Source: the human T2T-CHM13v2.0 reference genome, Homo sapiens
Assembly: GCF_009914755.1 (NCBI RefSeq)
Contig: NC_060925.1
DNA length: 64,000 nt
Strand: one strand, 5' to 3'
A model generated the notes under the pieces. That model ran no database searches. It saw only the letters and a list, made by a program, of their open reading frames with translations, and was not told the DNA's origin. The first letter of the stretch is position 1; each line of letters begins with the position of its first letter. Shown in pieces: positions 41,031 through 54,577 of this stretch. The translations under genes and the position numbers were made by a program.

Positions 41031-42929
41031 AATTTATATTATTTATATGATTGCCCACAGGTGAAATCAGCAGAGAAGTACTTGGAAAAGACAAGCCAGG
41101 GTGGGGTGTGAAGGACTGCTCTTATAATCTTTTTTGATATTCTCCACGTAGGGCCCTGACATTTATCAACCCTGACTTTCAGTAGAACAGAATGTGAGAG
41201 CAGCGCGGTTGCTTACTCCTCGACTTTCCAAGGCTTGTGGGCACATAAACCCATCAAGAAACCTCTTTTGGATGTGTGAATGCATGCTTTTGAGCTTACG
41301 GCTCTGCTCTGCCTCCCACGAGTTATGGGTCTAGTATAAAAAGCTTATAAACTGTGCTTATTTCTCCATTTTTAAAATGCAAACCTTCCCCTGAACAAGT
41401 GCAATCTCACTTTTGGGAATGGATCTTAGGGAAATCATCTAACCAAAGATAGTTAGCTAGATATATGGAGATGTTCACTACAATGTTATCTGTTTTATAT
41501 ATATTTTAAAAAGGCCAAGTAAAACACAAAAATAAAAGAAAAAAAGTTATTACATTCATTCCACGGAGTATTATGTAGCCTTTAAAAGAGTAGTTGCAAA
41601 AAGGATGTGAAAATAAATAAAACATTTTGGTTTAATATTAAATTTTTTAAAAGCTAAGTAAAAAACATTGACCAAAAGCTGAAGAACTGTACAAAAAACG
41701 AACAATTGTTTAAATTAGGGAATTTACGGATCATAGTTTATTGTTTAAATTTTCTGCTAATATTTTTACACACAATGGCATGCACAGATAAACCCAAAGG
41801 ATTATTACAAAGCTCAAATTATAATAATATACATGTAAGTGCTATAAAATCTGGATTGACATTATTAGTGCCAACTGAGCTCTAACCCTACTCAAACAGA
41901 ACTAGATACACTCTGGCTTTCCCTTTGAAAAGAGGGGGAAGTGGAAAAGTCCTATTAGCTGAAAGCCACCAGAACACAACATCTACCCTCAAAGACAGAT
42001 GGCTTGTGGCTGTCTTGATAGTTCCAGGAGATAAGGCAGAAAACCCAAAGCATGAACAAGAGACGGTTATGTTGCAATAAGGACAGGAAGTCTATCTGTC
42101 CACTAGCCTCTGAGCCTGGCATATGTTCTTCTCCATTTCAAGTCTCATCTTTGACAAACCACAGCGGGAAACTCCAGACCATAACCTAGACCGAGTCTCA
42201 TGACTTTTCACAACCAATGGACCCGGAGCTGGCTGTGTAAAAGAGAGAAATCATATTTTCCTTAAGGTATGGTTATGATCCAAAGAAAACTCAAAGGGCA
42301 ATATTATGTTCACTTTACTCATTGAAAGTAAGAAGTCAAAACCTACCCTAGCTTTTTGAAAAGAAAAACAAGAGCTATATACGAATTTCAGTTGATTTCT
42401 AGAATTAACCTCTGCCCTTACATATGATAGTTTATTCTGCTAGGCAATTATGACAATAAAGTTTGAACCTGAAGAGATAATTCTGAAGTAGAAGAAAGAA
42501 AATATGGAAAATAACTTCACCAGTGAAGACTTAAAAAATAAATAAGATAAAAACTACCCATTGTCATCATCACAGCCTCCACAAAAGGGATTCTGAAGAG
42601 TTAAAATCTGCTCAGCTTCGCCTCCACAAAAACCCAAATTCCACACAGATTCTGTGATGGGAACCTAATTCACTTTTTTCTTCAAAAAAGGCAGTTGTTA
42701 CATTTTTCCATATAAGATGAGAGGGAAGAACAATAAAACAAATTCAAAAGAAGGCTCTAAAAGCAGGGGAAAAACCTCTCTGTTCTTATTTAGGGTACTC
42801 AAGCTGTAATTTGTCTTAAAAGCAGCTAGTTTAAAAAAAAAAAAAAAAACCAACACATGCTAGAAAACCCCACACACAGAAAAAAGCAGCGTCCAGCTTT
42901 TTAAAATTCTGCCTCTACACCTCCTTTCT

Positions 42930-43105
42930 CAATGACATCAGCTGGAGGCTCCCCACCTGCCCAGTTGCCATAGCAGTTACACAAAGACATACAATGACAT
43001 CAGTTGGCATGATATCAGCTCTTTGAGTGCAAACAATACAAGAAGAACTACTTTGTTTAAGGCCTTTGGTGCAACTGTGTTCTGGGGAGCCAATGATGTA
43101 ATGCT
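42930..43105. promoter_or_regulatory. Candidate intronic enhancer: 2x TGACATCA, RFX-like X-box, C/EBP-ATF site
   Basis: Motif cluster in non-repeat sequence; motif evidence only. Confidence 0.45.
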
Positions 43106-43774
43106 AACAGGTGGCATGGGCCTTCCATTTGCCTAATGGGGGGAAAAAAACCCGTGGCGGAGTGGGGGGAGGAGGGAATTTGAGACAGACACACAGAATG
43201 CTCCAAATCACAGAGCATGCTTATGTGCAAAAGTATGGGTGCATTGTATGTTTAAGCCATGTAGGAACTCTGTTCTTATAATATTTGGAGGTGGGAGGGG
43301 TGGGGGTGGAGAGAAAAGGAGATATTACAATTTAAACATATAAGGTAAACAAGGAAATTCTCCTTGAGGGGTCTGAAGAAATAGTCTCCTGTTCAACTGC
43401 CACTCTGCTAATCAACTTGGGCATCAGTTTTCCATAAGGCTTATGCACAGCTCTGTACTGCAGTTAAAAACTCTCTCTGTGGACGGTGCTTAAAGTAAAA
43501 AACAACGAGTGGAAGCTCACAGTGGTGGCTTTTTCCAGAGAAGTCTGCAGGAAGGATTGTTTTCTTCTCTTGGGGAAGGGTTGAAATTGAAATCTGGAGG
43601 GGAGGGGGAAGAGTAAAGCTAATCTGGTTTTTCTTTTCCAGTTACTTTCCTCCGACCCTACCCCATCAAGTATCACCAGAGGCCAAAGTGACTGATCACT
43701 TAATGAGGAACCCTGATGATGTTATGTTTATTACTATTTAAGAATATTAGAACATGATAATTAACAAACAAAGC

Positions 43775-44320
43775 AGGAGCAGTGTAGCATGGAGGTTAAG
43801 AGCAAAGGTCAGAGACAAACCACACCTAGCTGCAGTTATGATTCTGCCTCCTAGCAGCTGTGAGACCCTGTGCAAGTCAGGTTCCCTCATTAAGCCTCAG
43901 TTTACCAATCTATTAAGTGGATGTAATATCATCTACCCATCAGGGTCATAGTTCAGGAAGCCTATGTAAAGGTTTTGATACACGACCAGGTATTCGATAA
44001 ATAATGTCTTATTACCCCCAATATCATCACCTTTGTTCTAAATTCCAACAGATCTATGCACACGCATAGTCCATGAGAGCCCTAAGTGCAGTGCAGTGAT
44101 TCAGAGAAGGAGTATTGAGGCTGGACTTCTTGGGTTTGAATCCCCAGCACAGCCAAACACTAGCTATGAGACCCTGGGCAGGTTTCTCACCTGTCTGTTC
44201 CTCAGTTTCCCTGTATACAAAACAGGGATAACAATAGTACCTACCTCACTGTACTGTTGTAATGATTAAAGTGGTTAATAAAGTACCTTAAAACAATGTC
44301 CAGCACATTGTAAGTGCTTT
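43775..44320. mobile_element. Two tandem MIR SINEs
   Basis: Two MIR cores: ctagcagctgtgagaccctgtgcaagt..gcctcagttt and ctagctatgagaccctgggcagg..cctcagtttcc. Confidence 0.75.
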
Positions 44321-45948
44321 TTCTTTTCATCACTTTGGGAAACTACCATTTTAAAGATCTAAAAAAAAAAAAATCTGCTTAATATAAAGACTCTATATAA
44401 GTAAACTAATGTTCCTGAGTTTTTACTTTTAAAATTTTATTTAACAAAAAAGAATTAGGAACCAAGGTATCCGAGCAGTTTTAAAGTTTGCAAAACATAC
44501 TTTTAACATAAAGAAAGCAACAGCTCCCTATTTTTCCTAAACAAATATATCTGATTTCACTTTGTTGGTCCTAGCTTTCCTAACAAACACTGTCTTTGCA
44601 TTTCTGGTTTTTCCACAGAATTGGATTTTGAAAATAAAACTGTTCTTCCCTCCTTCTTCCTTTCCTCTAATTTCTACCAAGGTGGCTAACTTCCTTATGT
44701 GCACAAGAGCCTGCAGTTATTAGTGCGAACATATTGTAGCCATGAGCAACAATGCTGGGGTAGGGTGAGGCAAGGCGGGGTGGGGGGGCAGCAAACATTT
44801 TCAAAGCTTATGTCAAAAGTAGGTTCTCTGCCAAAATGAGTATGGTCAGTACATTGATTCTAAATGGCAGCAACAAAGAATACCTAGCACCCCTAAAGAA
44901 CTATATGTGGAAATACTGCCTGCCAGTTTCTTCTAACACACGGTCAGTTCAGTGACAGTCCTACTGAAGCAATGGATTCTAGTTTTAGTGGGAAACTTCT
45001 CTTTATAGATGCATTTCAGCTCCTGTTGCTGTTTTGGCGACTGCAGTCCTAGAAACAGAAGAGTCCTCTGTAATGTGATTCAGAAGCAATGCGCTGGGTT
45101 GTGAGTTAAAGAAACCACATCCAAATGCAGAATCTATAAGCAAGAGATTTTTATACTCTAAAGGTGGACAGCCCTTTTTGGTCTTATGCTAAGCTAGAAA
45201 GTGAGCTGTTTCCAGAAATTTAAGGAACACTCTCACTGAAGGTCAGCAAACAGAAGTAATGTCCAAAGACCAGGGGGAGGGGTGTAGGCTAAAATTGGAC
45301 TCTTCTACAGTTTGCTATAAGCATATTGATCACCCCTCTCTGTTGCCTAGTTTTTCTTACTGAGTAACCAGTCTTTTAAAGTAAAACAGTACCTTGATGA
45401 TAGTGGTTAAGATCATAGACTGGAGCCAGATTGCTTGAGTTAAAACTCCTGACTCCTATCACTTACCTTGTAACCTTGAGCAAGTTATTGATGTCTCTGC
45501 ATCTCAGTTTACATATCTGTGACTTGTAATATAATAATTTCTATCTCACAGAGCTCTCAATATGGATAAAATGCTACATGAGAGTTAGGTGTTTTATTAT
45601 AAGTGGGAGAGACATTGCTGTAAGTTGCATACTATTTTGTTTATACCAGGAACAGATGGATGCTATGATATACTCCATGGAAACAGAACATCAGAGCCAC
45701 TCAAGATTCTATAAGCACAAGAATCTGTGGAAGAACAAAGCCTGGATGAACTGGAGCTGATGTCAGGCTGCCAAGGCTGAAATCTTCTTCAAAGACAGGG
45801 TCAGAGTCACTTCATAAGTTTCAGGGCAGAATATCACCTATCTTAACAGGAGAAACATGTGGGGTGGTGGTGGGTACCAGCTCGATCCACAAAGATTATT
45901 TCTACTTCTTGTTTTCTATGAAATGTTCTTTATACTCCATAGATGTGA

Positions 45949-46036
45949 TTGGGTATTTTACAGTAGGAATTGGGTATTTTACAGTAGGGTATTTTCAAGT
46001 TCAAGATGAAAATCATTCCTACTGTAAAATACCCAA
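45949..46036. repeat. Tandem plus inverted copies of a 22-mer
   Basis: TTGGGTATTTTACAGTAGGAAT (45949-45970), a 19-nt second copy, a 9-nt third copy, and the exact reverse complement at 46015-46036. Confidence 0.95.
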
Positions 46037-48058
46037 GGAAGTATTACTTAAATTGTCTTAGGATCTTGCCCCCAGGGAACTTGTATTTCTTTCCCAAGAA
46101 GAGTAAAGGGAGGCCCTATCAAACAGAGGCAGAGAGAGTTGAATGGGAGTGCTGTCTCACTAGGTATAAGGTATGAAACAAGAGATAAAGAAGTATTTAT
46201 CTTACTCAGGGGAAGAAAGAGATTTAGGAGGCTGACTATGAGTCAGAGAGAAGTCTTCTTATGATCACGTCATTTGACTGCTTCCCTCAAACCAGTGTGG
46301 TCTGGCTTACATGTGAGATGCCTTATGTTTGAAAAGACATAAACAAGGAAGTATCACAAGCTTAAAATACACACATATACATAAAACTTCAGATATACTC
46401 ATATAACATAATGGGATCTTGAATCCCATTGAGTACCCATCCACATTATTTGGCTTGCTATATTATTAAGTCTTTTAGGAAGATATATCTAAAAATAAGT
46501 TAGTCCCTCCATTCATGGGTTTTTCCTGTGTGAAGGAGACACAGTTATCTACAGATATATCTTAAAAGCCAACTCTAGAAAAGACAGTGGATGATATATA
46601 AAGCAGCAAAAAAAAAAAAAAAAAAAAAAAGAGCTTTGCCTTGGATTTAGAATAGTGGGTCTGCCACATGCCAAGTGTGTGACTTTTTGAAAGTTATTGA
46701 AGTATTCTGGGCTATCTTTCCATAACTATAAAATAGGATACTACTACTTAGGTCTGTCGTAATGATTCAATGATTTTGTGTGTACAATAGCCATCCTGGT
46801 ATTTTAAGAAGGCATTCAAACCCTGCAGCTATTTGAATGACTGTCAAATGGAGCAGCAAAGCTAACTAGCACTGGAGGTAGTCAGATGCAGGAAGATGAC
46901 CAGAGACTACAGGGGTCAATGTCAGTGTTGCTAGAGATGAACTTTTGATGCTGGTACAGTTGCTTCAGAGCAGTAGGAAAAGGAGACCATCCTGCAGAGG
47001 CAACCCCATGCAAGGGCATCACCAGAGAGGGAGGACAAAGCAGGAGCCATGAGGACAGCCCACTGTAGCTCTGCTCTGCTAAAAGTGTACTCAGTGCTGT
47101 TAGCCTAGTCTACACTCCATCACTGCCGGAGGAAGTGGCATGCAGAGTGGGGGTTGGGGCTGGTGGTTAGTGTGGTCTCCCTTGAAAACCTCATTATATT
47201 TAGTTCTTTATGTCTACGATTTTCAGAAGCCTTGAAAAAAAAGACATTTTTTAGGCATATCGAATAGCCAAAAATACATTTCTGGTATATTCTCTAAAAA
47301 TATATGCATACTTCTAGAAATTTTTGAAATGGACGTACAGAAAAGTTATCACACACACAACTTTTTCATACCTCAATTTCCTCAATAAGTTGAGGTGTTT
47401 ACAGTTTTTCTCAGAGTCATTCTATAAAAACTTAGTTTCAACAACTTATTATATGTATACATGCAGCCTCATTCTACAACTATAACTGCATTATTAATAC
47501 ATATTCTTTTAAAATGTATTTTCCTTTCTGTGTATATCCAGATTAAGAGCTTTAATAGAATTTAGGTCCTTGGAGAGCAGGACTAGTCTTATTTAAATCC
47601 CTTTGTACACAGGAATTAGCCCCAAGTCACATGAAGACAGGTGACTGCTGATATGTTAGATACCAATAGGAGCTACAGGGAAAGAGGTATTGAGATAGGT
47701 GGTCAATTTCTTTTTGGAAATAATTTACAAAAACTTAATAAAATAAAAAGATCTTCCTGGTGTTTTCCTAGTGATAAATGATAGGCTGAAATCATTTCCA
47801 GAATAGCCCTCCCAAAACTATCTTCCAATAATAAAAGTTGTTCATTTTTATTTAGTTCATCTAACCAAGTAGTATTTAGTAATGTTTTAAGAGAAAAAAA
47901 AATTCTGAAAAGTTGATACCAGAATTTGCCTGAATTTTGAGTTAACAATAGTCTTTTCTTTGGATTGTCTGGACAAAACAACATAATATAGAATACTGAG
48001 GCTTACATGAAATAGACATTGCTTGAGTTGTCATCGTATAGTAACTTTGGTATCATAG

Positions 48059-48678
48059 TGATACAGGAGTTAAGAAGAAATTACTTAGGCAGATAGTGAG
48101 GGTACAGAAGTCCTCCGTAACGTTTTCCTTTTAATGAAAAGCAGCCCCAAATCATTTTCAACAGAGAGCAGCCTGTAAAGTTGAGCTGCAGACACAGACA
48201 AGCAAACTGAGAGCTCGCACGTGTGGATGCCAGCAGGAAAGAATTACCTGCGACTAGACATGTTCAAAATGGCGGCTCCATCTTCCCTTCTCTGCCGGCC
48301 ACGTGTACAGTAAGGAGCAGACAAGATGGCGCCAGGCAAGGGGAGAGTTCATTTGCATAATAAGATTAGGGTGGGGTGACCAGCCTCCCCTGAGTGCTGT
48401 GTAAACCTCACACCTGATCAAACCAATCTGTGAGCCCTATGTAAATCAGATACTGCCTCCTCAAGCCAGACTATAAAATCTGGCACATCCACCACCAGTC
48501 GGCCTTTTTCCTCTGGGAAGTCACCTCTCTCTCACTAAAGAGCGAGCTGTTTTCCTTTCCCTTTCTTTTGCCTATTAAACCTCTGCTTCTAAACTCCTCT
48601 TGTGTGTCTATGTCCTAAATTTTCTTGGTGTGAGACAACGAACCCCGGTTATTTAACCCAGACAAGGTAGCCACTTCA
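48059..48678 (+). mobile_element. Solo ERV1 LTR (MER51B-like), complete, antisense to DUSP10
   Basis: TG...CA ends, 4-bp TSD ATAG (48055-48058 and 48679-48682), CCAAT, TATAAAA at 48472, ATTAAA near 48575. Confidence 0.88.
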
Positions 48679-49739
48679 ATAGTTACTATTGTTTCTCTCA
48701 GATGATGTGCCATTCCCTCCCACCCCAACGTTAAAAAAAACCCAGCATTCCAGAAAGAAGCTAATACTTGACAATGACACTTACCAAGAACTAAAACAGT
48801 CACTTTCGCTACTTCCTAATCTTTGTATAATTAGCAGTGTGCTTTCTTCTCCATTTTTTGTTCCATATACTTCTACATTTTCCAGTCATTAACTTGTTTA
48901 TTGGAGGGGTCTCTTGTCATTTTTCTTATATTTTCGAATATACTGTTTCCTTCCTTGTTTGATAAAACCTTTGCCATGCCCTCAATAGGAAGAATTTTAA
49001 AAAATTATTGCCCACATATTTACCTCAAAAAAGTAAACTGAGTCAGAAACATCCAATGATTTAGGAATTGTGATTTATGAAAATTGAAAATAAAGTTTAA
49101 TTGGAGGCCTTCCAAGAAATGCTGACCCTGGAAAGTTTTTGTCAGAGCTTTAAAGATTCCCCTCTGCTCTCACCACCCTCCCCTCCTGGCTCAGAAGTTG
49201 CCTCAGGGCAGAATTGGTATAGAAAAGAGCTGGGGATTGGATTTCCGCCGGCTGGAGTAGCTCAGTCCACACAGAAAAGTCAGCCTCTGGTTCCTACCCC
49301 CTGAAGGGAGGTGCAGTTCTCTTGCCCCCCTCCTACCATTTCAACTTTAAGGCTTTAATGAATAACTAATGTTTGAGCTACCACAAGTTTAATTTGTGTG
49401 TATTTGAATAACACAGGCAGATTGTTTTGAGAGGATACCTCAGAAGTATGTAAATACAGCCTGTTTCTTTAAATCTGTTACCTCATTTATTTACATTAGA
49501 ACAGAAAGCACTGCCAGAAGCAACAGCTGATGACAGTCATGTAATTTTCCACAAAGACAACAATTAAACAGCTTTGTGTTATTTTAATGAGCAGATGACT
49601 TTTATGTGAGCAGGATTTGAACTGTTAAGATCTCAAGAGTTCCCAGAGCCAGGAAGCCCCTCAGGTTTTGCAGAAGTCAGTGAGACTCTATGACTCTCTC
49701 TGGTTTCTTCCCCACCAGGGCCTTGGGTTTGGTCTCTAT

Positions 49740-49920
49740 CTCTATCCCCTTTGCCCCCTTCTCCACTCTTCTCTCCCTCACCTCTCCTCCCCAACTCTTG
49801 CTCCTCTACCCTGATCCCTCCTCCCTCCCCTCCCCTCCCCTCTCCCTCTTCTCTCCCTGTCCCTGCCATCTCCCCTCTTCTACCCTTCTCTCCCTCTCCC
49901 TACACCTTCTCTGTCTCTCA
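49740..49920 (+). repeat. CT-rich low-complexity tract
   Basis: Directly visible polypyrimidine stretch. Confidence 0.85.
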
Positions 49921-51401
49921 TAAATCCATCAGCAGTAGATGGGAAGAAAACATGAAAGAGAGACTTCTACCTGGAATACATTTTGATGCTTGAATTTCAA
50001 ACGAATCCACAGAATATTTGTTAGACCTATTTTTAAAAAGTCAAAGGTGGGCTGGGAAGAGTGATTGAGCACTCATCCCTGCCAGCCAAACACACAGTAA
50101 GGCTCTGCTAGTGCAGAGAATACCATCTTTAACTCACCCTCCCCATTCTGTCTCACAAAGGTTTCAGTAAGAACCACCTGAAGACAGGTTGTGGGCATAG
50201 TTGACTTCAAGTCAGTCCCTCTGCCAGAGGGGCAGGGAAGTGCCTTCTGCTCTCCCTTAATCCTAGTCTGGAATAGAAGGGTCAGAACAGATGTTTCTGG
50301 TGGTTCCAGTTGTCCCCTCCATCCACAGACCTTCCTCCCAGCCTGTGTAGTCTCATTTTTTTTTCCACCAGAATTTTGTCTACTTCTATTGAACTCCATT
50401 CTCACTAACAAAAATGCCAACTAAAGAAAATAAGAGTAAGTATTTTTGCTTTCCAAGAAAGGATTTTGGGCTTCAATCAAGTGAATGGCTAAGAAGGGTG
50501 CCTACCAAGATCCAGTCTGGGGGTGAGGGGTCAGGGGCCGACAGAAAGACAGCCAAGTTCCAGCCCCCATGTTCCTGAAAACTTGCAAGTTCAGTTTTCT
50601 TTCTGGTACGTGTCTAAACTTTACCTATGTTAGCACAGACCAACTGGTTCCCAGGGAGAAATGCACACCATAAACACTCAGATCAAGTCTGGGATTTGTT
50701 AACAGACATGCCAGTTACATTAACACATTTTTCACTGTTATAATCTCTTGTATTTAAGATCAAACCCTCCCCAAACATTCTGGGAGTTGAGGAGGTGAGT
50801 GACACGCTGCAGAGGCCCCTTCCCTGCCCCTCCCCACTCCATCAGGAGGAAACATATGACAACCATAAACACAGATTCCAGAAGGCAGTCACAAATTAAG
50901 ATAAGTCATAACGGAAGACGCTGTCCAGTTCCTGGGTGCTATGAGAGGGGACTAATTAGATTGGGGTTCATGGACAGCCTCTCTGAGGTATGAGAGGGGA
51001 CGGAATCCAGGAGAACATAGGGAGGGAACACCACACTGGGAAAGGCAGGGAACTCAGGGAACCTCTGAGTGACTCAAGGGAGCCAAATGTGGGGAGGCAC
51101 AATGACTGGGCAAGAGGCGGGTGAGGAGAAGGGCTAGAGGGGAAGGAAGGGAGGCAGGGACCCTCCTCACAGGGCCTCTTAGGCAGGTTTTATTCTGAGT
51201 TCAGTGGGAAGCTCCTGAGTGTTCCAAAGTCCACAACAGGTGATCAATATGTGTTTGAAAAGAAAAGAGGGGGGAGGGGAAAAGAAACAGAGAGAGAGAG
51301 AGAGAGAGAACGCACTGATTTACCAAATGGTGTAATTTACATACACTCCAAATCCTGGGCAAAATTCATACCCTTTCCTTTTCTGAATGCATTTTTTGTG
51401 G

Positions 51402-51750
51402 CTGCTATGGACTGATTGTATCTCTCCTCCCCATATTCAAACACACACACAAATTCGTATGCTGAAGCCCTAATCCCCAGCGTGAGGTCATGAGGGTAGG
51501 GCTCCTGTGATGGGAGTAGTACCTTTATAAGAAGAGACAACACAGAGCTTGCTGTCTCTTTTTCTCTGCCTTGTGAGGGCACAGCAAGAAGACAGCTGTC
51601 TGCAAGCCAAGAAGAAAGGCTTCACCAGAACCCAACCATGCTGGCACCCCAATCTTGAACTTACAGCCTCCAGAACTATAAGAAAATAACTTTCTGTTGT
51701 TTAAGCTATCCAGTCTACGGCATTTGGTTAAAGCAGCCCAAATGAATATA
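51402..51750 (+). mobile_element. MLT1A MaLR LTR
   Basis: tgctatggactga...aaattcgtatgctgaagcccta...cagcctccagaactataagaaaataactttctgttgtttaagc. Confidence 0.85.
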
Positions 51751-53911
51751 GTGCCACTTGTAATTCCCAGTGTAGCTTACTTTTAGAAATACAACGTATA
51801 ATACTTACTTTTGAAGAGCCACACTAAAACTTGTGGGCTTCCTGAGAACAAAGCCCCTGAGAGCCAACCCAACTTGGTGTCATACCTTAAAGCCAAGCCA
51901 AAAATGGTCCAAGGTCAGAATGGGGGTGGCAGGGTGGTGGGGGTGGGGGCGGGGGCTGCAGGGGGTGGGGGTGTGCTGAAAGGACCAGCATGCCTATAAA
52001 AGGCAAGCGCAGTAAGCCTTGTAGAACCTTAGTTCCATGAACCAGCTACATGCACGCACAGAAGCCCACTCCTCTCCCAAAGACACTTCCCTCCTCATTA
52101 GATATATGCCCTTTCAGATCAGCACTGGCACATGACCTCCATGTGGCATCCTTCTGGGCGGAAGAATATTTTAGCTGGAGACATTCTGCGTACTGGGGAG
52201 GCTACTCTATACCATGTTAGGGCTCCACCTTTTTTGCTCACTGGTCTCAAACTTAATACTGGTTAATCCATCAAGACGGATTAAAGGAGGGGGAAAAATC
52301 CATGAGATCATCCTGGGAAGCTGCAGAGAGAGGAATGTTAACAGGAGGAGAGTGCTATAAAACACAAAGCCATATTTCTCCCGAGAGCTCAACCAGATAT
52401 TCTGCATTAAGTCTCTAAAGAATGTCTAAAAACATTCTTGCCTTTCAGTGCAGAAGTTTAAATAATGAAGCATTGCTAAACAAACAAACAGAGGAAAGCC
52501 CAGTAAAGCTATTCATTACACAAACCCACTGTACAAAAGGAAAACTATTGCTCAACCATCCACCCCGAGGACCAACATTTATCTTAGACCCCAAATTAAA
52601 CACATCACAGCTTCACAGCAAAAGTATGTTTCCCAATGGGATTTAAGTAAAGTCCAATTAAATAAATCTTCAGAAATGTCACATGCGAGCCTCACAGGAG
52701 AGCATATTTCTACTGTGAAACATTCCCATTGGAAGTTACATTCACAAAAGGTCCTCTAGAAACATCCATGACAGGAGGGGTGGGGGAAAGCAGTAAGCAA
52801 GACAAAGTTACACAGGTGAAGCCTGGATAGGGTTCCATTGCTAAAATCATGTATGGAAGTGCCCAGCCAAAAATGCTGCATCTGAGTTTGCTTTGAATAA
52901 AACCCCCATGTCCAACAAACAGTATGTATAACTGTGTATTTCAGTAGGATCTGGAGGTCAAAGAGCTCTGGCTTAGGGAATTCAGGAAGTGGTAGGGGAA
53001 AGGATCAAATGTCAGCATCAAAATTTGAATTGTTTTCCTGAACCGATGTTTTCACTTCACAAAAGGCATAGCAACAACTTCCTCAAGTCACTGAGCTGGA
53101 TTCTATGTTTGGTGAATATAATGAGCAAGGCTGAGTACTAAAGGATCAACTTGCAGAAAGAAAAGGCATGGGCTTTCCTTAAACATGGACTCAGCCATGT
53201 CCAATGATCACACCGTACCATGAGGGCTGAGCTTTGACAGGTCCACCTGAAGCAAGGTGAGGTCTCCATGCACTAAGAGACATACAAAATTACACTGGGT
53301 TAAAAAAAAAAGCTAGCATGTCCCTGCCTGGGTGACCACCTTCTGAGATTAGGGGGAAAACAAAACAATTAAAAACACTGCTTGTCTCTGAGGAGGTGGG
53401 CTGGAATTACATATTGTCAACATGGACTTGAGGCTAAGTGAAGGACCAGCCAAGTAATGGTCAGTTCAACCTGGGGCACGCAGAATGAAGCGCTGACCTG
53501 GGATGCATCCCGTATCTGGCACCATCAGACTTTCGACCATTTCCCCTGAAGCCATGTCTAACTTTGCACAGGGTAACAAAAGCCCTGACAGCAAGGACTC
53601 AGAGGGCAGCCCTTCCTTCCACACTAAAAAGATACTGGGTTCTAGCTCTGTGACCTCTTTTGCCACCCCTATACAATCAGGACTTAGGGTAATCTTTAAG
53701 TTTCTCCCAACTCTGGTGTTCTATAACTTCAATATAGCCTTGATAAACCATATATATGATATGATATGGTACGATATGACATGAATGAACAATGGCAAGA
53801 ACAAAATCAGCTGTCAGAGGTTGTGTAAAGCCTGGGTGCTCTGCTTCCCACTTCCAGGCCTTTGCATTTGCTGTTCCCTCTTCCGCAAACTCCCTTCCTG
53901 TAGATCCTCAC

Positions 53912-54577
53912 TGTGATACTGTGATATGAAAAAATATATATTTGATCTCTGCCCCTGGTTCCTGTAGCATAGCTTCTAAAACCCCTGGAATCTCTGAAGT
54001 TATGAGTGTTTTCTGAATGCCAATGAGATGACTAGTGGCTGGGGGCCCCTAAATAGCTCCAGGAAGGGAGCTGGTCACCAGAATTAAAACAGCTTAATTA
54101 GAGGATTGGGACATTCAGCCGCATCCCCCAACCTCCAGGGAGGAGACAGGGACTGAAGGTTGAGTTGATCACCAATGACCAATGATGTAATTAATCATGC
54201 CTATGTAATGAAGCCCCCGTAAACCCCATCCATCTCCTTCATCTGACTGTCCACCTATATTCTTTGTAATATCTTTTATAATAAATGTGTAAACACATTT
54301 CCCTGAGTTCTGCGAACTGTCCTAGAAAATTAATGGGACTCAGGGAGGGGGTTGCAGAAATACTGATTTATAAACAGTGTGGGGAAGGTGGGGTAATCTT
54401 GTAGGACTGAGCCACAACTTGTGGGGTCTGAAGCTAACACCAGGTAGAGTCAAAATTAAGTTGCAAGACATTCTGCTAGTGTCTGCTGGAAGACTGCTCT
54501 GTGTGTAGGGGGCATAAATCCACAGAGGTGTTCCGAAAGTATGGTAGGATAAAAATTTATTTTTCTTTAGACTCACA
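53912..54577 (+). mobile_element. MER21-family LTR inserted into an L2 fragment
   Basis: tgtgatactgtgatat...gattgggacattcagcc..aacctccagggagg..gttgatcaccaatgaccaatga; L2 text on both flanks. Confidence 0.7.

Noticed and set aside
51993-52003. CArG box (SRF)
   Set aside because: CC-TATAAAA-GG has seven A/T bases, not six.
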